DNA from: Ginkgo biloba
Taxonomy: Eukaryota > Plantae > Ginkgophyta
Direction: 5' to 3'
Length of the DNA: 25,603 bases
Assembly (NCBI GenBank): GCA_024626585.2
Contig: JANKJI020000002.1
Span: 68,317,464-68,343,066 of the forward strand
Part shown: positions 1 through 11,675 of the stretch, one piece after another
Layout: every line of letters begins with the position of its first letter
Numbering within the stretch: the first letter of the stretch is position 1
Translations under genes and position numbers: made by a program
Notes under the pieces: model-generated
What the model was told of the DNA's origin: nothing
Seen by the model: the letters and a program-made list of their open reading frames with translations, nothing else
Databases searched by the model: none

Positions 1-730
1 GATATTCTATTTTGACCTGATTCTCATACTCAAAGGAAATGTTGCAAACTTGTTCATATGACCACATTTCATGAATTTTGATCTTCTCTCAGTAGGTGGG
101 TAATATTCCATTCATGAAGTAATTCATCAAGGCTATTGTAAGTATGGGATTACTTCCTTTCAATTTGGAAACCAACACCTAGATTTTTCCATCATATTTT
201 TATACTATTTCTTTTGTGGATTGCTTGATTTATCAAAGAGCTATATATATTGTTGATTGGTTGAACAATGTCTAGAATTGATTTAAGAACTTCTCTTTGA
301 TCATAGGACAAGAGTTATCTTTCATGCATTCATACCATTACAATAAAATTTTACAAAGAGTTGAGAATACTATTTGATTTATTTCCATTTCATTCGTGAT
401 TCCTCATTGCGCTATGTCGTTGAGGAAGAGGGATAAGTATTTTGATGGATCAACATGTCCTTCATATTTAAGGTGTTTAAGATATGTGTCAAGAAACTAG
501 AATGTATCCATTCCATTAAACATTCTATTTCCATCATTAATATTATATCTATTACCTCCACTACTATTCTGACTATTATTACTACTTCCATTACCTCCAT
601 TACCATTATTGTTATGAATACCACTATTATTATTCTTACTACTACCTCTATAGCTATTATTTGGGTTTAGTATACACAGTGATATATTATTAGTTAATGG
701 TGGAGAAAATAGACCTCTAAACCTAAACAT
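1..730 (-). mobile_element. gag: Degenerate Ty3/gypsy gag (capsid) remnant with an N-terminal Asn/Gly-rich linker
   Basis: The minus-strand reading continues from ORF 497..730 through stops as KYEGHVDPSKYLSLF...L*WYECMKDNSCPMIKEKFLNQF...IKQSTKEIV*KY. This fits the retrotransposon gag pattern (Y.G..DP..Y / WY / K..FL.QF / Q...E.V..Y). Confidence 0.6.
530..660. repeat. Degenerate trinucleotide (ATT/ACT/ACC) low-complexity tract
   Basis: attactacttccattacctccattaccattatt...; it reads as NNNGNGGNGSSNNS on the minus strand. Confidence 0.7.
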
Positions 731-2029
731 ATTTTATAGGATGGGGTATTTTATAATATTGTTAACATGGGCACTTGTCCCAGGGTATGGAGCATAAGGG
801 GATCCTTTATTGAACCCATAATCATAATTTGAAAACCATGGAATTTCCCTTAGATTAAATACATACTTTTTGTGTTGAGAAAATATGAACAACACTAGAT
901 TGGGTACTCTCCTTAAGTTTGGGTTTGTTTCTGAAAATCCCCTAAAGTGGTTTGTTGGCCGACTAATATTATAAGAGGTTTTTTGGGCCATTAGTACTTT
1001 CTGGCCCTTGAAATATTTTTCTTGGCTCATGTCTCTTGTGGGACCATAAGTAGGAAATGAGTTAAAATCTTAGGAAGTTAGAATCTATGATGTTGGACCT
1101 CTAGTGAATATATTAAATAGATTTGGGTTGGCACTAGGTGTTAGGCCTCCTATCAAATTTCCTTCATTTAGAAAGATACTATTAGATTTGAAGGGTTATT
1201 ANNNNNNNNNNNNNNNNNNNNNNNNNNNNNNNNNNNNNNNNNNNNNNNNNNNNNNNNNNNNNNNNNNNNNNNNNNNNNNNNNNNNNNNNNNNNNNNNNNN
1301 NTATATTTGGATCCTTGTATGGATACCAATTTTGGACATAAGTTATGCACAGGTATGTTTCTAATTTTTAACATGGATAATTCATTTTACATGAATTTAT
1401 AGGCTAATGGGAGTGTGCATGGGTATGTTTTCTTTTAGATCCTACATTATTATTTTTGTATAATAGCTTTCTCTTAAAATAATCCATAGAATTATATTCT
1501 GATACTTTCTAATACTTTATACTTTTGTACACTTGTAATTTAAGAATTCTAATTTATCTAATCTCTTGGTTCCTTATGATATATCTTATATTCTTGATAT
1601 TAGATTCTTTAATTACATGAGAAAATCCTCGAAGTGTATATAATTTTATTATAGGATTCTTTATAAGTGTTTTATAGGTTTGCATGTGATATTATGTCAA
1701 TGTTTAAGGATACATGTAGATACTACACATGTAAAATATATTTTATTTCACATTATAATATTTGATAAAATTCCATGATAATGCATTAGGAAAAACTACA
1801 TTGCATTCAAGAAAAGTTATGGTACTTATAGGAAGTGTCTTGCCTTTTCTTCAAAGCTACATTAGACTAAATTTAGTAGAGGAAATAGTTGAAAATAATG
1901 GTATATATATAGTAAACATACAAAAATCCTAAAATAATAGTTTTTATAAAGTACATAGTGGTACAAACAGACTATTACCCTTTATCTATCAATCATTGAT
2001 TTTTCACTTTGAAATATTTCCTTGAGTCT

Positions 2030-2260
2030 TCTACCAACGAGTATATCAACCATTTTGGATCAATTCTTCACCTTATCCTTCCATTTTCTAACTCTCTCCT
2101 TTTTAAGATGATCCCATCAAATTATAGTATGTTTATTGAGTTTTTTATATGCAAACTTCACCCTATTAGGGTCCTTAATGCCTTCCTATTCAAAATATAT
2201 CTCTAGATATGTAATTTAATCTAGCAAGACCTCAACCTTAAGACTTTAAATGTATTTAAG
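2030..2260 (-). mobile_element. gag: Degenerate chromovirus/CRM-like Ty3/gypsy gag fragment
   Basis: Minus translation is VEVLLD*ITYLEIYFE*EGIKDPNRVKFAYKKLNKHTII*WDHLKKERVRKWKDKVKN*SKMV. It resembles the gag consensus E.LIDWI..LE.YFEYE.I.DP.RVKFA..KL..HA.IWW......R.R.GK.KI..W..MV. Confidence 0.7.
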
Positions 2261-2364
2261 AACCATTAATTTTGATCATACACTCATATTTATTAATATA
2301 ATTCTTTTAATATATTACATAAATTAATCTTCTGTCTCAAGTTTTGGATTACTTTGATGCAACT

Positions 2365-2665
2365 CTAATTCTTATTTTGTTATCTCTCCAACCAATATGA
2401 GGTTTATAAAAAATACTTGGTGTGTGAATATTATGCCTTAAGTAACTTATAAACCCTTTAGGATTTTATTATACTACCAACATACTGGCATATTAGATAG
2501 GGAGTTTGTCATGATTATTAATAAACATGTTGATAGAGAACATCCTTATCATACTTTTCTAGTATGTAGAATACTCTATATTTTTCCCATTAATTAGGAC
2601 CATAAAATTAACTATTTTCAAGAATCCTCTAATCTAATTGATGTGCCATTTGAACCATTGAAGGG
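2365..2665 (-). mobile_element. LINE (L1-like) reverse transcriptase fragment, degenerate
   Basis: Minus translation is IRGFLKIVNFMVLINGK...*GCSLSTCLLIIMTNSLS...LKGL*VT*GIIFTHQVFFINLILVG. It matches L1 RT motifs F.VLING / QGCPLSP.LF / THQLFVDD..L.G in order and spacing. Confidence 0.7.
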
Positions 2666-2793
2666 CTAGTGTTTGGTCCCATGTAGTCAAGCCNNNNNNN
2701 NNNNNNNNNNNNNNNNNNNNNNNNNNNNNNNNNNNNNNNNNNNNNNNNNNNNNNNNNNNNNNNNNNNNNNNNNNNNNNNNNNNNNNNNNNNNN

Positions 2794-3200
2794 CTTGATA
2801 TTCCTTCTACATAACTTGTTTAATGCTAGAAATATCTTTCATATTAATCTTATTTTATATGTAACCATTCATTCCATCAATATATAAATATCACTAATTT
2901 TATTTTGGAATATTTTTTACGTGAGTAGCTAGTGATTCCAAATGGCTTGCATACTCATTGATCATTTTTTTTTATTAAGTCATATCATCTAATTAAATAA
3001 ATCATTGTCTTATAATTTTTAATATTATCTTAAGAAGTGAATAATATGTACTTATCTAAGGGTATGGATTAGTAATTTATCATAATTTTTCAGAAGTAGT
3101 TACATAAAGAATTATATAATTATCAATATATATATCATCCATGTATAATATTTCAATATGTATAGTTCCCATTATGCTTCATCTATAAGTGGATGGTGCA
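2794..3200 (-). mobile_element. Degenerate retrotransposon gag C-terminal remnant
   Basis: Minus reading MINEYASHLESLATHVKNIPK...IYIDGMNGYI*NKINMKDISSIKQVM resembles gag V.EY...FE.LA..V..I....L...YI.GL...I. Confidence 0.45.
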
Positions 3201-6200
3201 TCTTCATCCTTAATATATACATTTTTTGATCTAGTATGTATAATATCCATAGGTAGGTTGTTGTGGTGAGATTTTTAATTTCTCAAGGTACAAGAAGTTG
3301 AGATACATAGGACATGACACAATGTTAAATCCATGAGTTTGTTTAGTTATACATGTTTCTTATTACTATGGATTCCTATCATGGTATGGATTGGTATATG
3401 GATTTATATATTTATAAATATATTTTTCAATCCATTAGATATTACTCTTATTATTGGTGAGAATTAATTTTATTATGTATACTCATATTAATTCTTTATC
3501 TTATCTCATATCATTGATAGTTCTTCTGAATGTATATTCTTACCACTACTCTCTCCTTTTAATATTGTGATGCTATCATTGTAGTATAAAATAAGATAAT
3601 TTTTTCATTAAATTTATTAAGTACTATAAACATAAATTTGTGTACCTTGTGACTAGTTATTTTATAAAACTATTTTAATAAAATCCTAAGTATAATCCCC
3701 TTTTCCCTACAAAATTCCTTCATGAAAAATAATATAGTATGTGAAATAATGTGATACATATTACCATATATAAAAATATTATAACATCCTAAAGGAGTAT
3801 AAATACTATATATACCCCATTTAGGAATCTCATTGAGAGGAGATCAATAATAATTCATTAAAATAGAATAATCACATTATAATTATTGAGTAAAGTTTCT
3901 TATGTATTATAAATAAAAGGATTAATATCATATGAGGTCGCATTATACCTAAATACTTTCCCCCTTGTATTACAACATATGGCTTATATTCTTACATGGA
4001 TACTTGTCCTATTTCCTAGCCATTTAATCCCAGAAAGCCCAAATTCCTTTATGGACATCATCTATATTATTTATCAATTTTTTTCTTTCAAGCCCCATAA
4101 TACCTTATTTAATATATTCCCTTTTACTGTTTCCTTTTTATGCATCCATGATTTTTCACAAATTATTATGTGTGTGATCTTTTTAGTTTCTATATACATT
4201 TATGGATATTTATTTCCCATTTAATACATGTTATATTTATGGATATTTATATTCTATTTAGCACATGCTATAATTAATTTTACATCATTTGCCACATATA
4301 TTCATATTTTCATAATTTTATATGCATTTTCTCCCTTTATTACTCTTACTACATAAGCATGCCTTATCTATGTGTCATCACCATACATTTACTACATGCA
4401 CACTTCATTTACATATTTTCCTTATGCATTTACCCTTTATTTATATGGTTATTATATTATGCAAAAACTTTAAATAATATTATTTTATCACATGGGCCTT
4501 TTACACATCATGGACTACACATCATGCATATATTATTGCACCTCATGAATTCATGTTATATATCAACCAACATATAACTTTATTTTTGGATCTCTTTACA
4601 TATGTATAGGATAATTACCTAGGTAAGTTTAGCGTGGATTAAAATATACCCTTTAAACATTCTATACAATTTTCCTATGATTAAGGTCACAAGGAATATT
4701 TATCATATAAATACCCCTTCATTATTGGAATCTCTAAGGCATCTTACTAGTCACTTAAGGAGTTTATTATAATGTTGGTATATTTTACTTAAAGATTATT
4801 GATAATTATTAACTTGGTATCATTTACATCACTCATGTTAATGGCATGTTATCATTGTATTTCATGTTATTTAATCACTTATACTATCCATATTGATGTT
4901 TCTACTTGTCATGAAGAGAAGAAGAAAAGGGTTAAAGGATTTCATATGTTCCATCGAATGATCCCTATTTGGTGTAACCATTCTAATTTTCCATATTGTC
5001 CCTTTGTAATAAAACCACTATTTTATTTCATCAAACTCTTATATCATTTATCCATGCCATTATTTCTCAAGTATTATTGTTCTTATGTTAACCCATTAGT
5101 TTTTTTAGAATGCATACATTTTTCTTGTTCTCTTATTACATACAAGTTATAGGTTTGGCTATGCATATAGAAGTTCATCTAAAGACAACCAAGGGAGAAA
5201 TAATTATCTAAGGAATTATTCTTTCATAAGTACCTAAACCCCCACACATCCAATTATTTTTCCTATTTTTATTACATTAATTTCTTCTTCTTATTTATGG
5301 TCACAGGGTTTATTTTTGGAATAAAGAATTTTGAAGAAGAAGAGGTCTTACATTATAGATACATCATTGTTGAGTTATCATAGTAAAAATTCACTTCCAT
5401 TGGTAATTATTTATAAAATTATTTTATATTTTATCTTATCTTTGTTTTTAAATATTAGACATGAATTTATAAAAAGGTTTGGTTTTCCTTCTCTCCTTGT
5501 AGGTTTTAAAACATTTGAAAGAATACTAGGATAAGATATTGAAGCACATATCTAATAAGATAGAGAGAGTATTGGATACTTAAGGTGATCTCACCAACTA
5601 TCATCATCTATAGTTGAATATCTAATACTAGTCTACTTAGTGGATTTGATATCTCAATAGGTAGAAGGGGACATAAATGGATTAAGTAATGAGGTGATCA
5701 CTTCTAATTTGGAAGAGCTTGTACATAAAGTTTATGTGTCCATACAAAGGACCATAAAATTGGTTTTTTATAGTTCTCATATCTTAATAGAACAAATATA
5801 ATATTAGGTCTACATATATTTTGTACCCTTTTTATGCTAAATAAGTATTACTACTCAGCATGGCATGTACATGTTGGGTTTCTAACACTCTATCATGATA
5901 TTACATGTATTAACACACACACAAACACANNNNNNNNNNNNNNNNNNNNNNNNNNNNNNNNNNNNNNNNNNNNNNNNNNNNNNNNNNNNNNNNNNNNNNN
6001 NNNNNNNNNNNNNNNNNNNNNNNNNNNNNNNNNNNNNNNNNNNNNNNNNNNNNNNNNNNNNNNNNNNNNNNNNNNNNNNNNNNNNNNNNNNNNNNNNNNN
6101 NNNNNNNNNNNNNNNNNNNNNNNNNNNNNNNNNNNNNNNNNNNNNNNNNNNNNNNNNNNNNNNNNNNNNNNNNNNNNNNNNNNNNNNNNNNNNNNNNNNN

Positions 6201-6956
6201 NNNNNNNNNNNNNNNNNNNNNNNNNNNNNNNNNNNNNNNNNNNNNNNNNNNNNNNNNNNNNNNNNNNNNNNNNNNNNNNNNNNNNNNNNNNNNNNNNNNN
6301 NNNNNNNNNNNNNNNNNNNNNNNNNNNNNNNNNNNNNNNNNNNNNNNNNNNNNNNNNNNNNNNNNNNNNNNNNNNNNNNNNNNNNNNNNNNNNNNNNNNN
6401 NNNNNNNNNNNNNNNNNNNNNNNNNNNNNNNNNNNNNNNNNNNNNNNNNNNNNNNNNNNNNNNNNNNNNNNNNNNNNNNNNNNNNNNNNNNNNNNNNNNN
6501 NNNNNNNNNNNNNNNNNNNNNNNNNNNNNNNNNNNNNNNNNNNNNNNNNNNNNNNNNNNNNNNNNNNNNNNNNNNNNNNNNNNNNNNNNNNNNNNNNNNN
6601 NNNNNNNNNNNNNNNNNNNNNNNNNNNNNNNNNNNNNNNNNNNNNNNNNNNNNNNNNNNNNNNNNNNNNNNNNNNNNNNNNNNNNNNNNNNNNNNNNNNN
6701 NNNNNNNNNNNNNNNNNNNNNNNNNNNNNNNNNNNNNNNNNNNNNNNNNNNNNNNNNNNNNNNNNNNNNNNNNNNNNNNNNNNNNNNNNNNNNNNNNNNN
6801 NNNNNNNNNNNNNNNNNNNNNNNNNNNNNNNNNNNNNNNNNNNNNNNNNNNNNNNNNNNNNNNNNNNNNNNNNATTCATATTCTCACCGCTCACCTTTAC
6901 ATTATGATTAAAAATATGTTGTCATGCAGGGAAAAATTAATTCCCCCAATTAAAAC

Positions 6957-7036
6957 CTGGTAGATTTCAATTTGTGTTTCTACTCTTCCTTCCGTGTGAC
7001 TAATAACTCGGAGTGGCAAATTTTTATTATGAATTT
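6957..7036 (-). other. Candidate 80-nt coding exon (EIHNKNLPLRVISHTEGRVETQIEIYQ), unassigned
   Basis: Open frame within ORF 6897..7112, bounded by a minus-strand CAG acceptor (7039-7037) and a CAG|GT donor (6956-6955). The surrounding DNA retains CpGs and shows no TE motif. No protein recognised. Confidence 0.2.
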
Positions 7037-7585
7037 CTGACCATGGTAGAAACATCAGGTTTTGATCCAAGTTCAACATATCATATCGAAAAAGTGGAAC
7101 AACACAACACATGTTTAGTAAGCATTGAACACTTTTATACAGAAGTCATAAACATGGGTAATTGCTTATTACAAAATGAGTGAGAGGCTTTACAGGTAAT
7201 GGATTTTTCACAGTTAACACAGAGACTTTATTCCATGTTTAGATAGTACTTTACAAGAAAAATACTCCAAAATGCTTTGGCTATGTAAAATCCTAGAATT
7301 ATTACATCGTTGCAACCATGCTAATAATATACATCACGAACAATGCAAATCACTCCACAGTCTTTCCAAAATGATCAGTTTTGCTAACATAAAAAACACA
7401 TTTCCTCAAATGGATAATATTTAAAAACACAATTAAAACACAATTATCATATAATTAAAATATCATTACTAATCATCAAAAATAAGAAAGTAAATCCATC
7501 TAAATGTATCCTACATAAAATCACACGTAAAATCATAATAATATGCGCACATATTATTTTCAATTACTACATTATAAACAATACA

Positions 7586-7795
7586 TACCTCCCCTTTTTA
7601 CTTTAGATTTTATATTAGATTGTAGAAATAGATGGGATGGGCCCATGTTAATAATAAAATAATTTTAGTTGGATACCATTTATTATATTTGGAAATTACA
7701 AGATGTACATATTAGAGAGTTTATATGCATATTATTTCTAATTTTCTCTTAGGATATTTGGACCCAACTATATTGAGACTAATTTTCCAAGGCCT
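7586..7795 (-). mobile_element. 3' end of a Tat/Athila-like gypsy element: integrase GPY/F tail plus polypurine tract
   Basis: Minus reading GLGKLVSI*LGPNIL...YAYKLSNM...FPNIINGIQLKLFYY* matches the GPY/F tail (KL...W.GPY...AYKL...NG..LK.F). It is followed by PPT AAAAAGGGGAGGTA (7599-7586) directly abutting TGTATTG, the putative LTR start at 7585. Confidence 0.65.
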
Positions 7796-8112
7796 AAATT
7801 TTTAGTAGTCTCATTAAATTGTAGAACTAAATATCCTAGACTTTTTTTTTTTTTTTTTCACTCTTATATTATAAGTTATTTTGGATTTCTTTTGATATTC
7901 CTTAATATTTGGGATTTATTATATATTATATTCATCATGGTTACCCTCAAGTATGACTCCATAATTTTATTCCTTATGGGGTTTTCATTTATATCAACTA
8001 CATCAAATTCATTTCATGATTGTAACATTATTAGAAGTAGGGGATTCATAGTTTTCCTTATTATTTAATTTATTATTCTTATAATATTCCTAGAATTATT
8101 TCCCATATAATT

Positions 8113-8289
8113 TGATATGTCATCAAGTCCACACATACACATACTAAGTTGGAGATCATAGGATTAACACACATTATAGGTAATATGGCCTTGATTTACA
8201 TGATAGGATATGGAAGAAGGGAAAAATTATGCACATACACTTACTTTATTTATCTAGCTTAGATTAGGAGTTTTTTCTATATTAGTTTC
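8113..8289 (+). mobile_element. LTR 5' part (copy 1 of a chromovirus-like LTR family), truncated by gap
   Basis: It starts TGATATGTCATCAAGTCCACACATACACATACTAAG..AGATCATAGG, which aligns by eye to the LTR at 18079 (TGTTGTGCCATCAGGTGCACACATGCATACACTAAG..AGATCATAGG). Both share the CTAGCTTAG..TA.GAGTTTTT.CTATATT block. Confidence 0.7.
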
Positions 8290-8542
8290 NNNNNNNNNNN
8301 NNNNNNNNNNNNNNNNNNNNNNNNNNNNNNNNNNNNNNNNNNNNNNNNNNNNNNNNNNNNNNNNNNNNNNNNNNNNNNNNNNNNNNNNNTAATTCAATCG
8401 ATCTAAGTCTTGAAGAGGATGTGACCTATGGGTGACTCATTTCTCAAAGATAACCAAACTTCATGAGTTTTATGTTCCCTTTAAACCTCAAATAAATTCC
8501 TCATATTAATTAATTGTTCAAATAGTATTTGATGAATGACTA

Positions 8543-8899
8543 ATTATATTTACAAATATAGGTATTAACCCAATCCCTTTAGTAGATGCATGGATTATTA
8601 AGACTTACTCAGGGGATTACTTGATTAATGTCAACCTATTTTTTCCCCATGCAACTAATAACATCACTAAATGCACTATAGTCATTGATTTCCTTATAGA
8701 TGCCCTTACATTTTGACCTTCCCACATTATCTTACACATAGAATCTCTCCTATTGGTCAATCAACCAAACTAGATTAAGGAAGTATTTAATCTAGAAACT
8801 AGAAGTTATATAGACACAACCAAAACTTTAATGGCCAAATTTCCATCTATATAGTTGTAACACATACCTAGAGGTCTTAATATAGAAGATGCCTATTAG
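8543..8899 (+). mobile_element. Degenerate archaeal-type RNase HI (aRH) domain, typical of Tat-clade gypsy elements
   Basis: A single frame reads IFTNIGINPIPLVDAWII...HATNNITKCTIVIDFLIDAL...ESLLLVNQPN...LMAKFPSI*L*HIPRGLNIEDA. It matches RNase HI motifs GNP / ATNN.AEY / DS.LLVNQ / HIPR..N..AD. Confidence 0.7.
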
Positions 8900-9214
8900 T
8901 GAACCTAATTCTTTAATATTTCTCAAGATCCTAATAGTAGTAGAGATGGGAATTCAACATCTACTATTAATTCCCAATATCGTTCTTCCTTAATGAGTTT
9001 CTCTTGGTCAAGGGATAAAATGTAATACAAATTGGGGGTTCTTAGATCACTTTATGTAATGAGATATTGTGTGCGACTCTCAAGATAATATCATAGGGTN
9101 NNNNNNNNNNACTATGACCAAAAATATAATAAGAATTTCTCTTAGCAGACATCATATAATTTTTTATCCATAATTAATAAAATAATATACTTAACTCTAT
9201 TTTTGTATAGGTCT

Positions 9215-9300
9215 CTATTATCCTTGCCAACTTTTGATAAGGAATTCTAGCCTCTTAAGTCCTCCAAATACTAAATTCCATCAAAATATAACTTTCTACC
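9215..9300 (-). mobile_element. Possible second aRH N-terminal fragment
   Basis: Minus reading RKLYFDGI*YLED resembles the aRH start WKLYFDGSK.LEG. The match is short. Confidence 0.35.
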
Positions 9301-9578
9301 CTTTTATGCCAGTTGGATAGTATTTTCATTTGAAAAATACTTACACTACCTTAAAGCATGATATTGAGTGATTGTCCTATACAACTATACATAAATCAAT
9401 AGTAGGCACAAAATTTGGTAGAAAAAAAATAAAAATAAAAATTATGCAATTAGGCCCATTCCTAATAAATTTTGGATTAATATTAACTTCCTCAACATAA
9501 TAAATTTTATTGGATGGAATTCCTAAGGTGTCTCCTAGTCTATAAGTTTATGCATAAGCTGAGACTAGCCTAGAACCT

Positions 9579-9586
9579 TATAAATA
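9579..9586 (+). promoter_or_regulatory. TATA box (TATAAATA) in LTR-like context
   Basis: ccttTATAAATAgggc-like context followed by a purine-rich tract, typical of plant LTR U3 promoters. LTR boundaries are not resolved because of gaps. Confidence 0.4.
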
Positions 9587-11675
9587 GGGCTTGGATTGGA
9601 CTTCCAAAGGGGGGAGGATTAGAAGTAAAGTTATGATGTCATATGTTTGAGCCCTTACATCTATTCTANNNNNNNNNNNNNNNNNNNNNCTCTAATCTTT
9701 TTTTTCTCTCTTCTTTTCATACTCTATGCCTTCTTACCATTCCAAAGTTCATACAACTATAATATTAAGATCCTTACCTTTCTATAGTATAGAATATTGT
9801 TATATCCTGCTAATCCTAATTTTATATCTATTAATTTTATTTTCTTTCACCATATAATATAAGAGAGGCTTGGGTTAAGTCTTGGAAGAATCGAGAGATG
9901 TAGAAGATAAATTCTAAGAATTCAAAGTGGAGTAGTATTAGAATATAATATTNNNNNNNNNNNNNNNNNNNNNNNNNNNNNNNNNNNNNNNNNNNNNNNN
10001 NNNNNNNNNNNNNNNNNNNNNNNNNNNNNNNNNNNNNNNNNNNNNNNNNNNNCTCACCCAAATACATTCTTTAATTTTTTCTTCTTCTTCTACATCTCAA
10101 AGTTCCCACCAAAAATTAAAAATACCTTTATCCATCTCTCACATGCTTGTGACTATCTTTCTTCATCTCCAATTGAAAAGAGAAATATCCCTACCCATTT
10201 TATCTCTATGTCCCACTTCCCCTATCCCCATTCAAAAATTTCCACAATAATCTTCTTGAGTTATGGATACACCCTTAATAACTATTAGGCCTTTTAATCT
10301 ATGGGTGAATTTTTACCTTATTCTAAATAGATCCTTAGAGATATGCCCCTATTTCAAGGGGGAATGGTTCTATTACTAGTGAGCAACATCTTGCTTCATT
10401 TTCCTTGGCCTGTGAGACTCTAAATGTCACCTCTAAGAATGTATTGATTAGGTTAATTTTTAGACTCTAGAAGGAGAGGATGCCTCCTAGTTTTAGTCCC
10501 TCCCTACTGGATTAATTATAGACTAGACCACCCTAATTACTGCCTTCAAACCAAAATATAATACTGTCAAAACCTCTTCTCAAGAGTATATAATAGATTA
10601 TAATATAAGGTTAACTAATATCCATGGTGATATAGAAAAAATTCATAAGTTTAATGCAGCTACTTGTTTTGACTAGTATATGGATGTTTGGATGTTGATA
10701 TGAGGTATGCCATAGAATATAAAGGTCATGTTAACTTAACTAATTCTAAGAGAACATCCTAGATAATTTAGGAAAGGATCTTTAGAGTTAGTAAAGTAAA
10801 TCCCTTAATCCCTTCCCTCAACAAAATTGATCCCTCTGTAGAGTCTCCTCAAACCATGGATATTCTTAAGAATGTGAGTAATTCGATCATTACCCTAAAG
10901 AGATAATCCAGTTTTGGATAAGGAGGTGTGGGAAAAAGGATGGTATTTGTAAGAAATGGGAACCTAAACCAAATACAACCATTTTCCTCCACTAACCAAT
11001 GTCGTGATGATAGATAGGCACTATGAAGAATAAGAAGTTGAGTATGTGCATATTATATTATGAGGCCTACCCTTGGTCAATGTGGAAATTGAACAAGAGA
11101 TCAATTCCACCCATAACACCTTGGTCACTACTAGTTGGTCCTAATAGGAGATGATAAAAATGGACTATGAATAGTTTTATGAAGATAATTTTAATTTAGT
11201 TGTCCAAATAAGAAGTAGTATTTCTCAAGAAAAGGATAATAATGTAAACCAAAATGGTATGAATATACCTATTAATTCTACCCCCATTAGTATAAATAAG
11301 GCACATCTTGCCCAAAGGGAACATTATCAAAAGAAAGAGGTTAGGGCCAACTTGAATGCCCATTTTGAATACAACAATATCAAATATTTGTATTGAGCTA
11401 TAATTAATTCTATGGTTTGATTGTAGCATTAATGAATGGTGTTATCTAAGTATGTAAGTGATGTTTTAGTAGTTATATCAAATTGTTACATCGCTATTAT
11501 TATGATTGTTTGCAGTAATTAATAAAGCATTTATTATCATGAATTATGTGCTTGAACAGTGAGAAACATTACCTANNNNNNNNNNNNNNNNNNNNNNNNN
11601 NNNNNNNNNNNNNNNNNNNNNNNNNNNNNNNNNNNNNNNNNNNNNNNNNNNNNNNNNNNNNNNNNNNNNNNNNNN

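Noticed and set aside
455-670. Ile/Thr-rich membrane-like ORFs (also 20803-21138)
   Set aside because: They are the antisense reading of Asn-rich trinucleotide tracts, and the hydrophobicity is a by-product of ATT/ACT repeats.
3979-5534. Several 67-117 aa ORFs in AT-rich sequence
   Set aside because: Their F/I/Y/L-biased composition is typical of random AT-rich frames in LTR or TE-derived DNA, and they contain no recognisable motifs.
5834-6911. Long ORFs of 333-357 aa in the ORF track (also 19541-20151 and 23829-24239)
   Set aside because: They consist almost entirely of N-gap translation.
7842-7858. Poly-T run of 17 nt as a possible retroposed poly(A) tail
   Set aside because: No TSD or SINE/LINE 3' end is recognisable, and it lies within gypsy-derived sequence.
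8932-8969. Short inverted repeat TAATAGTAG...CTACTATTA
   Set aside because: A 9-bp AT-rich stem is expected by chance, and there is no MITE or miRNA-length hairpin.
10053-10280. Possible LINE ORF1 (DUF4283-like) remnant on the minus strand (MG.GYFSFQLE)
   Set aside because: Only one short motif with frameshifts, too weak to call without a profile search.
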